Part shown: positions 39,873-48,359 of the stretch, one piece after another
How the letters are laid out: every line of letters begins with the position of its first letter
Position numbering within the stretch: position 1 is the first letter of the stretch
Assembly (NCBI GenBank): GCA_050251055.1
Contig: JBFWNL010000001.1
Location: 107,825 to 171,824 of the forward strand
DNA length: 64,000 bases
Origin: Bacteriovoracia bacterium
GTDB lineage: Bacteria; Bdellovibrionota; UBA1018; JBFWNL01
Reading direction: 5' to 3'
Translations under genes and position numbers: made by a program
The notes under the pieces: model-generated
What the model saw: the letters and a program-made list of their open reading frames with translations, nothing else
Told to the model about the DNA's origin: nothing
The model's database searches: none

Positions 39873-41018
39873 ATGAACTGGATCCAAGTGTGTTTTGAAC
39901 AAAACCACATGGCCACGACTTTTCGTTTCGTCGTGAGCTGTGTCTCGACTCAGCGCGCGTTGGCCGAACGCGTGCTCGAGAGCGCGCATCGTCTCGTGTC
40001 CGCGCTGGAAGCCGAACTCACGGAATTTCAATCGACGAGTCCTATCTTTCGTTTAAATCAAGCCGCGGTGGGCGAAGCGGTGATATTGCCCGCGCATGCG
40101 CTCGGACTCTTGGCCCGTTCCGAACAATTACGCGAAGCAACCGAAGGCGCTTTCGATTGCACCGCGAAGTCGGTGACGCCGCTGGCGCCGGGGGCTCGCG
40201 TCGGTTTTGATCTTGGCGCACGCACGGCGTGGCGGAACGACACGGGCGTGCGCGTGGGTTTCGGCGCGATCGGTAAAGGCTACGCGCTCGATGAGGTGCG
40301 GCGACTGCTCGAGGCCGAGGGCTTTACGAATTACCTGCTCACGGCGGGTGGATCGAGCATTCTCTTTTCCGGCTACGCGGCCCCCCGCCAAGCTTGGGAA
40401 TGGGGTTGGAGCTGGATGAAAGACGCGCAAGGCGAAGACTTAGGCTTGCCTTTCTCGCACGAGACGGGGCAATCCGTCGCGTTGGGGATTTCCGGACTAC
40501 ACGAAAAGGGCGAGCACCTACTGGATCCCGTTCAGGGCGGCCGCGCCACCCGTGCCCGTAGTGCGCTGGTTTCCCATGCTTCGGCCGCGGATGCGGACGC
40601 GCTCTCCACCGCGCTCTTCGTCGCGGGTTGGGATCGGGCCATGGGGTTCCTGCAAAAGCTAAATGCGACGGTCGGTACGGCGTTGATTGATGAGGCCGAG
40701 ACCCCACGCTGGAACGGAATTTTTCAAGCGCTTTGGGGCGCCCCCGTCGCGAATTTTAGCGTGAAACTCGCGCTGGCCATCGCCGCGATGGGCGGTATCA
40801 TGGGCGGCATCCTCAGCACGGCGGGCTCCGCGTACGCCGAAGAGGGAATCGACCTCAGCGCCCTCGATGGCGCGGCTGAGGAGATCTTCAACCCTTACGA
40901 TTACGAGCGAAACCGTTGGTGGTTGCTGTTGCCGGTGTTCGCATTTTTGCTGGTTTGTCTGCATTTAAAGAAATTTCGGATGTATTCCAATCGAAGAAGG
41001 AAGAGCGAGGCACCATGA
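39873..41018 (+). CDS. apbE: FAD:protein FMN transferase with C-terminal membrane extension
   Basis: MATTF, SPIFRLN, TEGAFD, GAIGKGYALD, HLLDP, ADALSTALFV. Confidence 0.88.
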   Translation: MNWIQVCFEQNHMATTFRFVVSCVSTQRALAERVLESAHRLVSALEAELTEFQSTSPIFRLNQAAVGEAVILPAHALGLLARSEQLREATEGAFDCTAKSVTPLAPGARVGFDLGARTAWRNDTGVRVGFGAIGKGYALDEVRRLLEAEGFTNYLLTAGGSSILFSGYAAPRQAWEWGWSWMKDAQGEDLGLPFSHETGQSVALGISGLHEKGEHLLDPVQGGRATRARSALVSHASAADADALSTALFVAGWDRAMGFLQKLNATVGTALIDEAETPRWNGIFQALWGAPVANFSVKLALAIAAMGGIMGGILSTAGSAYAEEGIDLSALDGAAEEIFNPYDYERNRWWLLLPVFAFLLVCLHLKKFRMYSNRRRKSEAP

Positions 41019-41512
41019 GGAAACCCAAGTACTTGTTAGCGATCGTGTTGGTATTGGCCTGGCTGGAGAATGCCAGCCTCCCGCGCGCGGACGCGAGCGA
41101 ATTCGAAAAGAAAAGCACGGCGCTGATGAAGGTGCTCGGCACGAAGCAGGCGTTTCCAGTCCCGGGCGCCAAAGACGCTTTTTACTCGAAGGACGCTAAG
41201 GGAAAAGTAAAGGCCTATGGCGTGGTCGAGAGCGGGATTTATCCGCCTAACTGCACGCACACGTGGGTTATTGGCATGGACGCCGGCGCGCGCGTGAAGG
41301 ATATCCGTGTGCTCGAGATGAGTTGCCCCCACGCTTTTCCGGCGAAGCAGGCTTCGTTCCTTGCTCAGTACAAAGGGAAGGGGCCGGCCGACTACGAAAA
41401 GCTGAAGGGTTCGGTCGAAACGATCGCTAAAGCCACGGGCTCGTGCGACCTCACGACGGACGCCGTGAAGCGGGCGATCAAAAACGTAGTCGCGGCGACC
41501 CGCAAGAAGTAA
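41015..41512 (+). CDS. periplasmic FMN-binding domain protein
   Basis: Signal peptide; VKDIRVL, FLAQYKGK, VETIAKATGSC..TTDAV (variant of D-x-x-[ST]GAT); ATGA overlap with apbE. Confidence 0.8.
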   Translation: MRKPKYLLAIVLVLAWLENASLPRADASEFEKKSTALMKVLGTKQAFPVPGAKDAFYSKDAKGKVKAYGVVESGIYPPNCTHTWVIGMDAGARVKDIRVLEMSCPHAFPAKQASFLAQYKGKGPADYEKLKGSVETIAKATGSCDLTTDAVKRAIKNVVAATRKK

Positions 41513-41528
41513 CGGAGCCGCGAGCGCG

Positions 41529-43127
41529 ATGCCACTAGGCATGCCCACCCGACATGTTCGCATCGGAGTCCAGACGGCGGTTTTCTCGCTGTGGGTGGCG
41601 CTGATCCTGGCGACCAAGCATCCGATGGATTCTTGGCTGGCCAAGCATATACCGGTCTCGATCATGCTACGCATCGATCCGCTGGTGACCACGGTCGTCT
41701 CCGGTGGGATGCGCATGGCGGTGACGATCACTCTGCTGGGGCTCGTTACCCTAGGCGTGAGTTTGCTCTTAGGCCGCGTGTTTTGCGGCTGGGTTTGCCC
41801 GCTGGGGGCGATCTTCGATTTTTACGGCTGGTTTCTACGTAAGTTCCGGGTGCCTTTCGAGGGACCGTCGCCGTCGTGGTTTCGGCTGAAGTATTATCTT
41901 CTTTTCGCCATCTTGATCTTTGCCCTCATCGGCGGCGTGAGTCCGCTCATGGGATTTGATCCCATTGTGCTGATTACCCGCGTGGCGGCGGTGGTGCTAA
42001 ATCCACTCATACGCGAGCACGACAAGCTGCTATGGACGGTGGGCGATGCCCCGGGGTACTTCGGTTACTTCATCGATATCTCGACGCTGGCGCTCTTTCT
42101 GGCGATTATGGGCGGGACCACACGGCTCTCGCGCATCTGGTGCCGCACCGCTTGCCCCTTGGGCGCTTATCTCGCGCTCTTAGGACGCAATTCGGTTTTA
42201 CGGCGCGATACCAAGGGTTGCGTGCATTGCAATATTTGCTCGAACCATTGCCCCACGGGCGCGATCAGTTTTACGAATGCCGAAGTCTACAACGAGTCCG
42301 AGTGCATCAAGTGTTTTGCCTGCTCCCAGGAATGCCCGGTCGACGCGAACTTTTTTACCTTGAAATCGCCCTTTCCGGCGGCGAGCCCCTCGCAATACCC
42401 GGTTTCGCTCGAGCGTCGCGATCTGATCGCGACCGCGGCGTTCACGGTGTTGGCGGCGCCGGCCTTGAATCTCTCGGGTGGAGAAAGTGGCGCCCACAAA
42501 CGCCTGCTGCGCCCCCCGATGAGCCGCGAAGAGCATGATTTCTTAGCGAGTTGCATTCGCTGTAACGAGTGCACGAAGGCTTGCCCGACGGGAATATTGA
42601 AGCCAGCGGAGCTTCAGCACGGGCTACGCGCGCTATGGTCGCCGGTCATGGTCCCCACCGAGGGCTATTGCAAGGAAGGCTGTAGTGCCTGCTCCCAGGC
42701 TTGCCCCACGGACGCGATCATGAAGTACCCGATCGAAAAGAAATACACTTTCAAGTCGGGCACGGCTATGTTTGAGACAAACCGCTGCATCAGCTATACC
42801 GACAACAAGTTCTGCAGTGAATGCGTGCGGGTTTGTCCCACGGACGCCATCGAGATTTCGCGCGACTGGGAGCCGGCGGGCGGGGTCACGAAGGCCAAGG
42901 GCGCGGATTTCCCGGCTCCGGCCGGCCGCGTGCCGACCCGCCCAACGCGGGTGAATTACGATCGCTGTATCGGGTGCGGAGCGTGCGAGTGGGTTTGCGA
43001 CAAGATCGTGGTGGGGGAGCCGGCAATGGTGACGACCTCCTTTGGTCGTGCTACCCCGTCGAACTTTGAAGCCAAGGGTGGCGTTTCCGGCGTGAGCGGG
43101 CCCGAGGGCTGGAAACATAAGAAGTAG
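41529..43127 (+). CDS. membrane polyferredoxin (NapH/MauN-like fused to NapG/MauM-like)
   Basis: GRVFCGWVCPLG, WCRTACPLG, several CxxCxxCxxxCP motifs, internal ERRDLI + TM, LLRPP. Confidence 0.9.
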   Translation: MPLGMPTRHVRIGVQTAVFSLWVALILATKHPMDSWLAKHIPVSIMLRIDPLVTTVVSGGMRMAVTITLLGLVTLGVSLLLGRVFCGWVCPLGAIFDFYGWFLRKFRVPFEGPSPSWFRLKYYLLFAILIFALIGGVSPLMGFDPIVLITRVAAVVLNPLIREHDKLLWTVGDAPGYFGYFIDISTLALFLAIMGGTTRLSRIWCRTACPLGAYLALLGRNSVLRRDTKGCVHCNICSNHCPTGAISFTNAEVYNESECIKCFACSQECPVDANFFTLKSPFPAASPSQYPVSLERRDLIATAAFTVLAAPALNLSGGESGAHKRLLRPPMSREEHDFLASCIRCNECTKACPTGILKPAELQHGLRALWSPVMVPTEGYCKEGCSACSQACPTDAIMKYPIEKKYTFKSGTAMFETNRCISYTDNKFCSECVRVCPTDAIEISRDWEPAGGVTKAKGADFPAPAGRVPTRPTRVNYDRCIGCGACEWVCDKIVVGEPAMVTTSFGRATPSNFEAKGGVSGVSGPEGWKHKK

Positions 43128-43149
43128 GTAAAATGGAAAGGGACGGACT

Positions 43150-43329
43150 ATGTTCGGCTTGAGTTTAGGGCATTTGTTGATTTTGTTGGTGGTCATCTTG
43201 CTTTTCGGCGCGAAGCGCCTGCCGGAGCTGGGTGGCGCTTTGGGTAAAGGACTGCGCGCGTTCAAGAAGGGCTTGGATGGAGCGGATCCCGAAAAGCTCG
43301 ACGGACCCGACGACAAGAAGCAGGGCTAA
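43150..43329 (+). CDS. tatA: twin-arginine translocase TatA/TatE subunit (59 aa, below the ORF-track cutoff)
   Basis: MFGLSLGHLLILLVVILLFGAKRLPELGGALGKGLRAFKKG; purine-rich RBS. Confidence 0.93.
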   Translation: MFGLSLGHLLILLVVILLFGAKRLPELGGALGKGLRAFKKGLDGADPEKLDGPDDKKQG

Positions 43330-43334
43330 GCCCC

Positions 43335-44156
43335 TCAAGCCGCCTGCGACCCCGAGTCGGTGGGCTCTTCGTCGGTGTCTCCGATGGCTACCGCGGTGGG
43401 CGTCGCGTTTTCAGGTAAGCGCGTCTTCGCGCGCTTTTCGAAGAACACTTCCTTATAGATCGAAGCATCCGCCACGCCGTGTCCGCCTTTCAGCAGTTTC
43501 ACGACGTCCATGACCATGGGCGCGTTCCCGCAAATATAAAAATCGGTCGTATGCCAGCACCAGTCGTTGGGGAGCTGCTTAAGATAGTCCGTCACGCGTC
43601 CCCTAAAGCCGGTCCAATTCGGCGACGGCGCCGATATCGCGTAAATCGTTTGTACTTCCAATGACTCGAACAAGCCGGGGTACAGGATTTCCTCGGCCGT
43701 GCGACAACCGAAGACGCAGAACGCCTGCTCGGGAAAGTTTTCTTTGAAATGGTTGGACATCACGACCGAGCGAAAGGGGGCGATCCCGGTACCCGTGCTG
43801 ATGAAGCAAACAGATCGGCCTTCTTCGGGAGTCTTGTAAACGAAATCGCCGTAAGGAGCGCTCACGGTGATACGATCGCCTGGACGGAGCGATTTGAGAA
43901 AACCCGTGCCGATGCCGCCGGGGACGTATTTCACGCAGAGCTCGTAGCCACGCTCCTTAGCAACCTCAAAAGGAAGCGCGAAGGAATAGGCGCGCCGCGT
44001 GGGCTTGCCCTTACCGCTGGGGGAAGGGATAGCGATACTGAGGAACTGTCCCGGCTCGTACTTGAACTTCTTATGGGGCTCGAAACGAACCTTGAGGACC
44101 GACGGGGTCACCCAAAGAACTTCCAGAATGGTGCAGGTGTAATCTCTTGCGCGCAT
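43335..44156 (-). CDS. ferredoxin-NADP reductase-family FAD/NAD(P) oxidoreductase
   Basis: YEPGQF, RRAYS, GGIGT, APYGDF, STGTGIAPF, GRVT, YICG, KEVF. Confidence 0.92.
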   Translation of the reverse strand: MRARDYTCTILEVLWVTPSVLKVRFEPHKKFKYEPGQFLSIAIPSPSGKGKPTRRAYSFALPFEVAKERGYELCVKYVPGGIGTGFLKSLRPGDRITVSAPYGDFVYKTPEEGRSVCFISTGTGIAPFRSVVMSNHFKENFPEQAFCVFGCRTAEEILYPGLFESLEVQTIYAISAPSPNWTGFRGRVTDYLKQLPNDWCWHTTDFYICGNAPMVMDVVKLLKGGHGVADASIYKEVFFEKRAKTRLPENATPTAVAIGDTDEEPTDSGSQAA

Positions 44157-44207
44157 GATCCTTCTCGGCTTGCCCCGAGAAGCTCCACCCCGCGAGCTGA
44201 TTTAGCG

Positions 44208-44774
44208 TCAGCCGGGGGCGTGTCCGCCCGAGGAATCGACGAATACGGCCAGGGTAGGATTGAGGTTTCCCGCGCCCAGCTTTGCCAGCGTGGACTCGGG
44301 GACCCCGTACACAAGGCCCAATACATCGATGAACTGATCGGCAAGAATGAGATAAATCTTTAGGCCCGAAATGGAATTTTCCTTACCTAGCCGTTCTTTC
44401 GCCATTTTTTCCACGGCATGCGCCGTGGCCTTGTCGGCGGGGGTGAGCAGGCCTACGTTCAAGACCTTGGAACGACGAAAGAAGCGGTACCGAGTCTTGA
44501 AGCCCAGCGGCAGGACGCCTAGCTTTGCCATCTCTTCGGTCGTAAAGAGCGTTTTCGTGACCTCGGGAAAGTACCGGGTGTCCAGGTTGAAAAAGTCGAT
44601 GGCGTAATTGGGGCCGAAGAGCTTCACCATGTCGCGGGTGGTGATGAGCCCCATCTCGCGGGCGGCTTCGCCGAAGCGCAGCCCGCTTTGCTGGGAATAT
44701 TTGAGCACGGAATCGAGCTGATCGGGGCGGATCAGGCCTTTTTCGATGAAGAATTCGCCAATTCGTTTTTTCAC
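44208..44774 (-). CDS. stand-alone MshEN / GspE-N domain protein (putative c-di-GMP receptor)
   Basis: RIGEFFIEKGLI..QL..VL..QQSGLRFGE....MGLI tandem motif; VLPLG; no ATPase domain. Confidence 0.8.
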   Translation of the reverse strand: MKKRIGEFFIEKGLIRPDQLDSVLKYSQQSGLRFGEAAREMGLITTRDMVKLFGPNYAIDFFNLDTRYFPEVTKTLFTTEEMAKLGVLPLGFKTRYRFFRRSKVLNVGLLTPADKATAHAVEKMAKERLGKENSISGLKIYLILADQFIDVLGLVYGVPESTLAKLGAGNLNPTLAVFVDSSGGHAPG

Positions 44775-46090
44775 AAGAAGATGACGAAGCGCCCGGCGAT
44801 TACGCTGTAGAGGGTCTTGCCTGTGACCTTGTTGAAGTCACGGAAGTATTCCAAGCGGAGATCGAAGATGCCCATCCGGCGTCCGAGCCAGCCACCGACA
44901 ATGGTCTGGTCGGTAACGTCGATCACGCGGTTATCGTTCTGGGAGGAGCCTAGGCGGAAACCGAATTTCCAGTTTTCGCCGAAGCCCTGCTGGACTTGGC
45001 CGTATATGCCTCCGCGCAGGAAGCTATTGGCGTCGGCCGGGGCCGGCGAAAGCAGGCCCGCGTTCATGTTGACGAATCCCGCGCTGACTTCGGTGCGCGT
45101 GCGGGCCAAGCGGAAATTACCGTCGAAACCCAGCATGAAGATGCGCGCGGATTCCTTGGTGTGATCGGTGTAGCGTTGGGTATAGACGGAAACGCCGCCG
45201 ACCAGGCCACGGAAAAAGTTTGCCTCGAAGCGGCCGCCCAAGGCCTTGTCGTCGTTGTTGTCGATGCCCAGCGTGTTGTTGAAGTTCGGATAGGTGGGGT
45301 TGGTGGCGCCCCCATAGGTAACGGGGTCGGTGCCGGTGTCGCCGAAGCCGTTGACCACATAGAAGTGGGTGACAAGCCCGAGCGCTTTGGTGTCGAGCCA
45401 CTGGATTTTTAGTCCGATGCCCAGGTCCGCCCATACATCGGGCAAGAAGGCGGATCCCCCCGTGGGCGTAAAGGCAGTGACGTTAACGCGACCGCCGAAG
45501 CGGTTGTGGGGATCGAGCTGGTCAAAGGGAATGAAGATCTTGCCCAGACGCAGCTGCACGGCGGGCGAGATCTGGTAGTCGAGCTCGTAGAAGCGCGGGC
45601 TCGTGGCGACTTCGAACGAGAACTGCACGTCTTTTACGGGCAAGAACTCGACGAGCAGAAAGGAGTGGATGTTCTGGAACGTGAGTGGGGAGTCGCCGGG
45701 GCGCGCGATTAGCCACAAGTCATAGAGCATTTTGAAGTTGGGCGTCGGCAGCCCCGACTGGCCTACGCGGGGACCGTAGTCGCGCGAACTTCCACTTGGC
45801 GCGGGCGCGGAAGGAGCAGTGGTCGTGGGGCTCGGGGATTTATCTAAAGTGGAGAGGTCGATCGGCGCCGAACGGCGGGGCGTGCCTGGCGCGGCTTGGG
45901 ATGGATTTGTTCGAGGTGCGACCCGCCGACGTCGCCGGCGCTGCTGTAAGCTGTCTTCTTGCGCCAGTATTGTTTCCGAGGGCGATCCCCCCGGCGCGGC
46001 CATCGCTGGCTGGACGCTTGGCAAAAGCTCCAAGCCCATGAGCACGACGCATAACCCCACCCTTCGCCACATCCGCTGTGCGTTATCCAT
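44771..46090 (-). CDS. outer-membrane beta-barrel porin-like protein
   Basis: Signal peptide; Arg/Pro linker; LRLGKIFIPF, VVNG, DNNDDKALGGR; GTGA overlap with the MshEN gene. Confidence 0.8.
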   Translation of the reverse strand: MDNAQRMWRRVGLCVVLMGLELLPSVQPAMAAPGGSPSETILAQEDSLQQRRRRRRVAPRTNPSQAAPGTPRRSAPIDLSTLDKSPSPTTTAPSAPAPSGSSRDYGPRVGQSGLPTPNFKMLYDLWLIARPGDSPLTFQNIHSFLLVEFLPVKDVQFSFEVATSPRFYELDYQISPAVQLRLGKIFIPFDQLDPHNRFGGRVNVTAFTPTGGSAFLPDVWADLGIGLKIQWLDTKALGLVTHFYVVNGFGDTGTDPVTYGGATNPTYPNFNNTLGIDNNDDKALGGRFEANFFRGLVGGVSVYTQRYTDHTKESARIFMLGFDGNFRLARTRTEVSAGFVNMNAGLLSPAPADANSFLRGGIYGQVQQGFGENWKFGFRLGSSQNDNRVIDVTDQTIVGGWLGRRMGIFDLRLEYFRDFNKVTGKTLYSVIAGRFVIFL

Positions 46091-46167
46091 TGGGCTCAGT
46101 TTAGAGATAAAGGTAGGAAAGATAAAGAAATATCTAGAAGCCTGAAGAGTCGGAAAGAGGGTACGAC

Positions 46168-46911
46168 TTAGCGTTCCAAAATGAATTGGATCACGCGCTC
46201 ACCGGAGCTGCTCCCAGCATTCGATGATGCGATGCCTCTTTTTTCGCCCGTTACCTGGGGGATCACCCGTTGTTCGTCGATCCATTTCTTGTCGACCAGA
46301 TACTGGGTCACGGCCACGACGCGCGTGACGGTAGGCTCGTAGGGGTGGTGGGCGTCCCACGTGCTTTGTACTGTGAGCTTGCCTCGAAATCCTTTTAGCA
46401 CCGCCGCGAGTTTTGCGAGATGGTGGGGCGCTACGCGGCTCAGCTCGTCGGAACCCTCTTGGAAGAGCAGGGCTTCGGGCAGCGAAAAACGCATGGTTTC
46501 AATGTTTAGATCGAGCGATGGGACGTCGTCCTTCAGGTCAGCGACATCGTCTTTGGCTTGGGTATTGGTCTCGTCCTTCTTGAGCTCCTTGGCGGGACGC
46601 TCGATGAGGTCTTCGGGGGTCTGGCCATTCGCGCCGGCCGTGATGCCGTCGCCAGCACCCGTCATATCGCCTAAGGGCACGTTCTTGTCGGAGGCTAGAT
46701 CGGGACGGAGGGCGGAGGACGGGTGATTGAAATAGTGCGCGACGGCTTGTTTTACCTCGTCATCCGAACCCAAGAGCCACATCACTAGGAAGAAGGCCAT
46801 CATGGCGGTCACGAAGTCGGCGTAGGCCACTTTCCAGGCGCCGCCGTGCGCGCCGCCGTGGCCGGCTTTCTTCTTTTTTATGACGATGATGGGGGCTTTT
46901 CCCTCGGCCAA
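46168..46911 (-). CDS. motB: flagellar stator MotB (set 2) with degenerate OmpA-like domain
   Basis: HGGAWKVAYADFVTAMMAFFLVMWL; GTG start. Confidence 0.9.
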   Translation of the reverse strand: MAEGKAPIIVIKKKKAGHGGAHGGAWKVAYADFVTAMMAFFLVMWLLGSDDEVKQAVAHYFNHPSSALRPDLASDKNVPLGDMTGAGDGITAGANGQTPEDLIERPAKELKKDETNTQAKDDVADLKDDVPSLDLNIETMRFSLPEALLFQEGSDELSRVAPHHLAKLAAVLKGFRGKLTVQSTWDAHHPYEPTVTRVVAVTQYLVDKKWIDEQRVIPQVTGEKRGIASSNAGSSSGERVIQFILER

Positions 46912-46922
46912 GGTCTACCTCT

Positions 46923-47777
46923 TTATTTCTTGATGTTAGCGGTGGCCTTGTCCACTTCCTCGAAGCTCGGGCGAACTTCCGGGGGAATCGTGCGACGGGC
47001 GAATTCAACGCAAACCTTGGGCGAGCAGTCCTTCGCGAACGCGAGCAAGGCGGCTTTGATCACGTACATGACCTTTCCGCCCGCGGCGATGTCCGCTTCC
47101 ATCTTGGTGGATAGGGGCTGCAGGAAACCGTAAGACGCCAAGATCCCGATGAAGGTACCCACGAGAGCGGCGGCGACGGAGTGACCGATGACTTCTTTAC
47201 CCATGGTCAACTTACCCATGGTGATCACGACGCCCAACACGGCGGCCACGATGCCGAGACCGGGCATGGCGTCCCCGACCTTCGAGACGATACCGGGAGC
47301 TTTCAGCTCCTCGTCGTGCGCCGCCTGGATGTCGGCCTCCATGAGGTCGTCCAGATCGAAGGGGCTGACGGGCGAGCTGATCTGCACTTTTAAGGTGTCG
47401 CAGATGAAGTGAATGGCGTGGTGATTTTTCAGCACCGACGGATACTTTTTAAAGATGTCGCTGTTCTCGGGCTTCTCGACGTGGGCTTCGAGCGCGAGCA
47501 TGTTGCCTTTGGCGGTTTTCGTGAGTTCGAAAAGAAGCAGGAGGATATCGGTGTAGCTTTGCTTGGTGGCGCCGCTACTGCCCATCGCGACGACTACTTG
47601 GTGGATGATTTGCTTGATCACCGGAACGGGCGCGGAAATCAAGAGCGAGCCCCCGGCCGCGCCGAAGATAATCAGCAATTCGATGGGTTGGATCAGGACG
47701 CCGAGATGGCCACCTTCCAGCATGAACCCACCGAACACACACGCTACGACTACGACTGCACCGATGATCACTAGCAT
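46923..47777 (-). CDS. motA: flagellar stator MotA (set 2, enteric-type)
   Basis: LIQPIELLIIFGAA, LALEAHVEKP..S.IF, DAMPGLGIVAAVLGVV, AALVGTF.GI, VEFARR. Confidence 0.95.
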   Translation of the reverse strand: MLVIIGAVVVVACVFGGFMLEGGHLGVLIQPIELLIIFGAAGGSLLISAPVPVIKQIIHQVVVAMGSSGATKQSYTDILLLLFELTKTAKGNMLALEAHVEKPENSDIFKKYPSVLKNHHAIHFICDTLKVQISSPVSPFDLDDLMEADIQAAHDEELKAPGIVSKVGDAMPGLGIVAAVLGVVITMGKLTMGKEVIGHSVAAALVGTFIGILASYGFLQPLSTKMEADIAAGGKVMYVIKAALLAFAKDCSPKVCVEFARRTIPPEVRPSFEEVDKATANIKK

Positions 47778-47800
47778 TTATTTGTGCTCTCCACTGGTAC

Positions 47801-47827
47801 TCATCGTCTTTTGGCCGCCATATTTGA
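47801..47827 (-). promoter_or_regulatory. sigma28-like promoter of motAB set 2
   Basis: TCAA-N15-GACGATGA. Confidence 0.55.
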
Positions 47828-47868
47828 GGGACTTTTGTCGGATAAATGGGTGTCAACAGATTGACGAT

Positions 47869-47895
47869 TCAAGGAATTGGCGTTTCCGCCGATAG
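47869..47895 (+). promoter_or_regulatory. sigma28 promoter of the globin-like gene
   Basis: TCAA-N15-GCCGATAG followed by GAGGAG RBS. Confidence 0.7.
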
Positions 47896-47905
47896 GTGAG
47901 GAGTT

Positions 47906-48343
47906 ATGCAAACCATCCAACGTTGCCTACAGGATCTAACCCCCCACGCGGATAACTTTTTCATCCATTTTTATCACACCTTGTTCCGCCAAAACCCCAA
48001 GCTGATCGAGAAGTTCAAAGGGGTGAAGATGCGGGCGGTTGTGCAAGACGCCGTGAAGTCCTTCGCTTACGTGCGGGATCACCTGGCGCCCGGCGGACAG
48101 AATGAACGCCTACTTTGCGCGCACCTCACGAATTTCATGTCCCGTCAAACCCGGTTGTATCGCCTCACGCCCGAAGATTTCGTCCGCATGCAGACGGCGT
48201 TTGAATGCGCGCTCGAGGATTTTTACGGCGAGACGTGGAGCAAGGAAATCGGCAAAGCGTGGAGTCAGTTCTTCCATCGGATGGCCAAACTCATCGATAC
48301 AAACGCCATCACCGCCGCCTCGTCCGCGGCTCAAGCCGCCTAG
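47906..48343 (+). CDS. single-domain globin-fold protein, proximal His apparently absent
   Basis: FYHTLFRQNPKL..KF, Y.LTPEDF, W......AW globin pattern. Confidence 0.75.
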   Translation: MQTIQRCLQDLTPHADNFFIHFYHTLFRQNPKLIEKFKGVKMRAVVQDAVKSFAYVRDHLAPGGQNERLLCAHLTNFMSRQTRLYRLTPEDFVRMQTAFECALEDFYGETWSKEIGKAWSQFFHRMAKLIDTNAITAASSAAQAA

Positions 48344-48359
48344 GCCGCGCCCGCCAAAG

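Noticed and set aside
46168-47777. Zorya ZorAB anti-phage system
   Set aside because: MotA has normal length without the long ZorA tail; no zorC/D/E; flagellar-type motifs and a sigma28-like promoter
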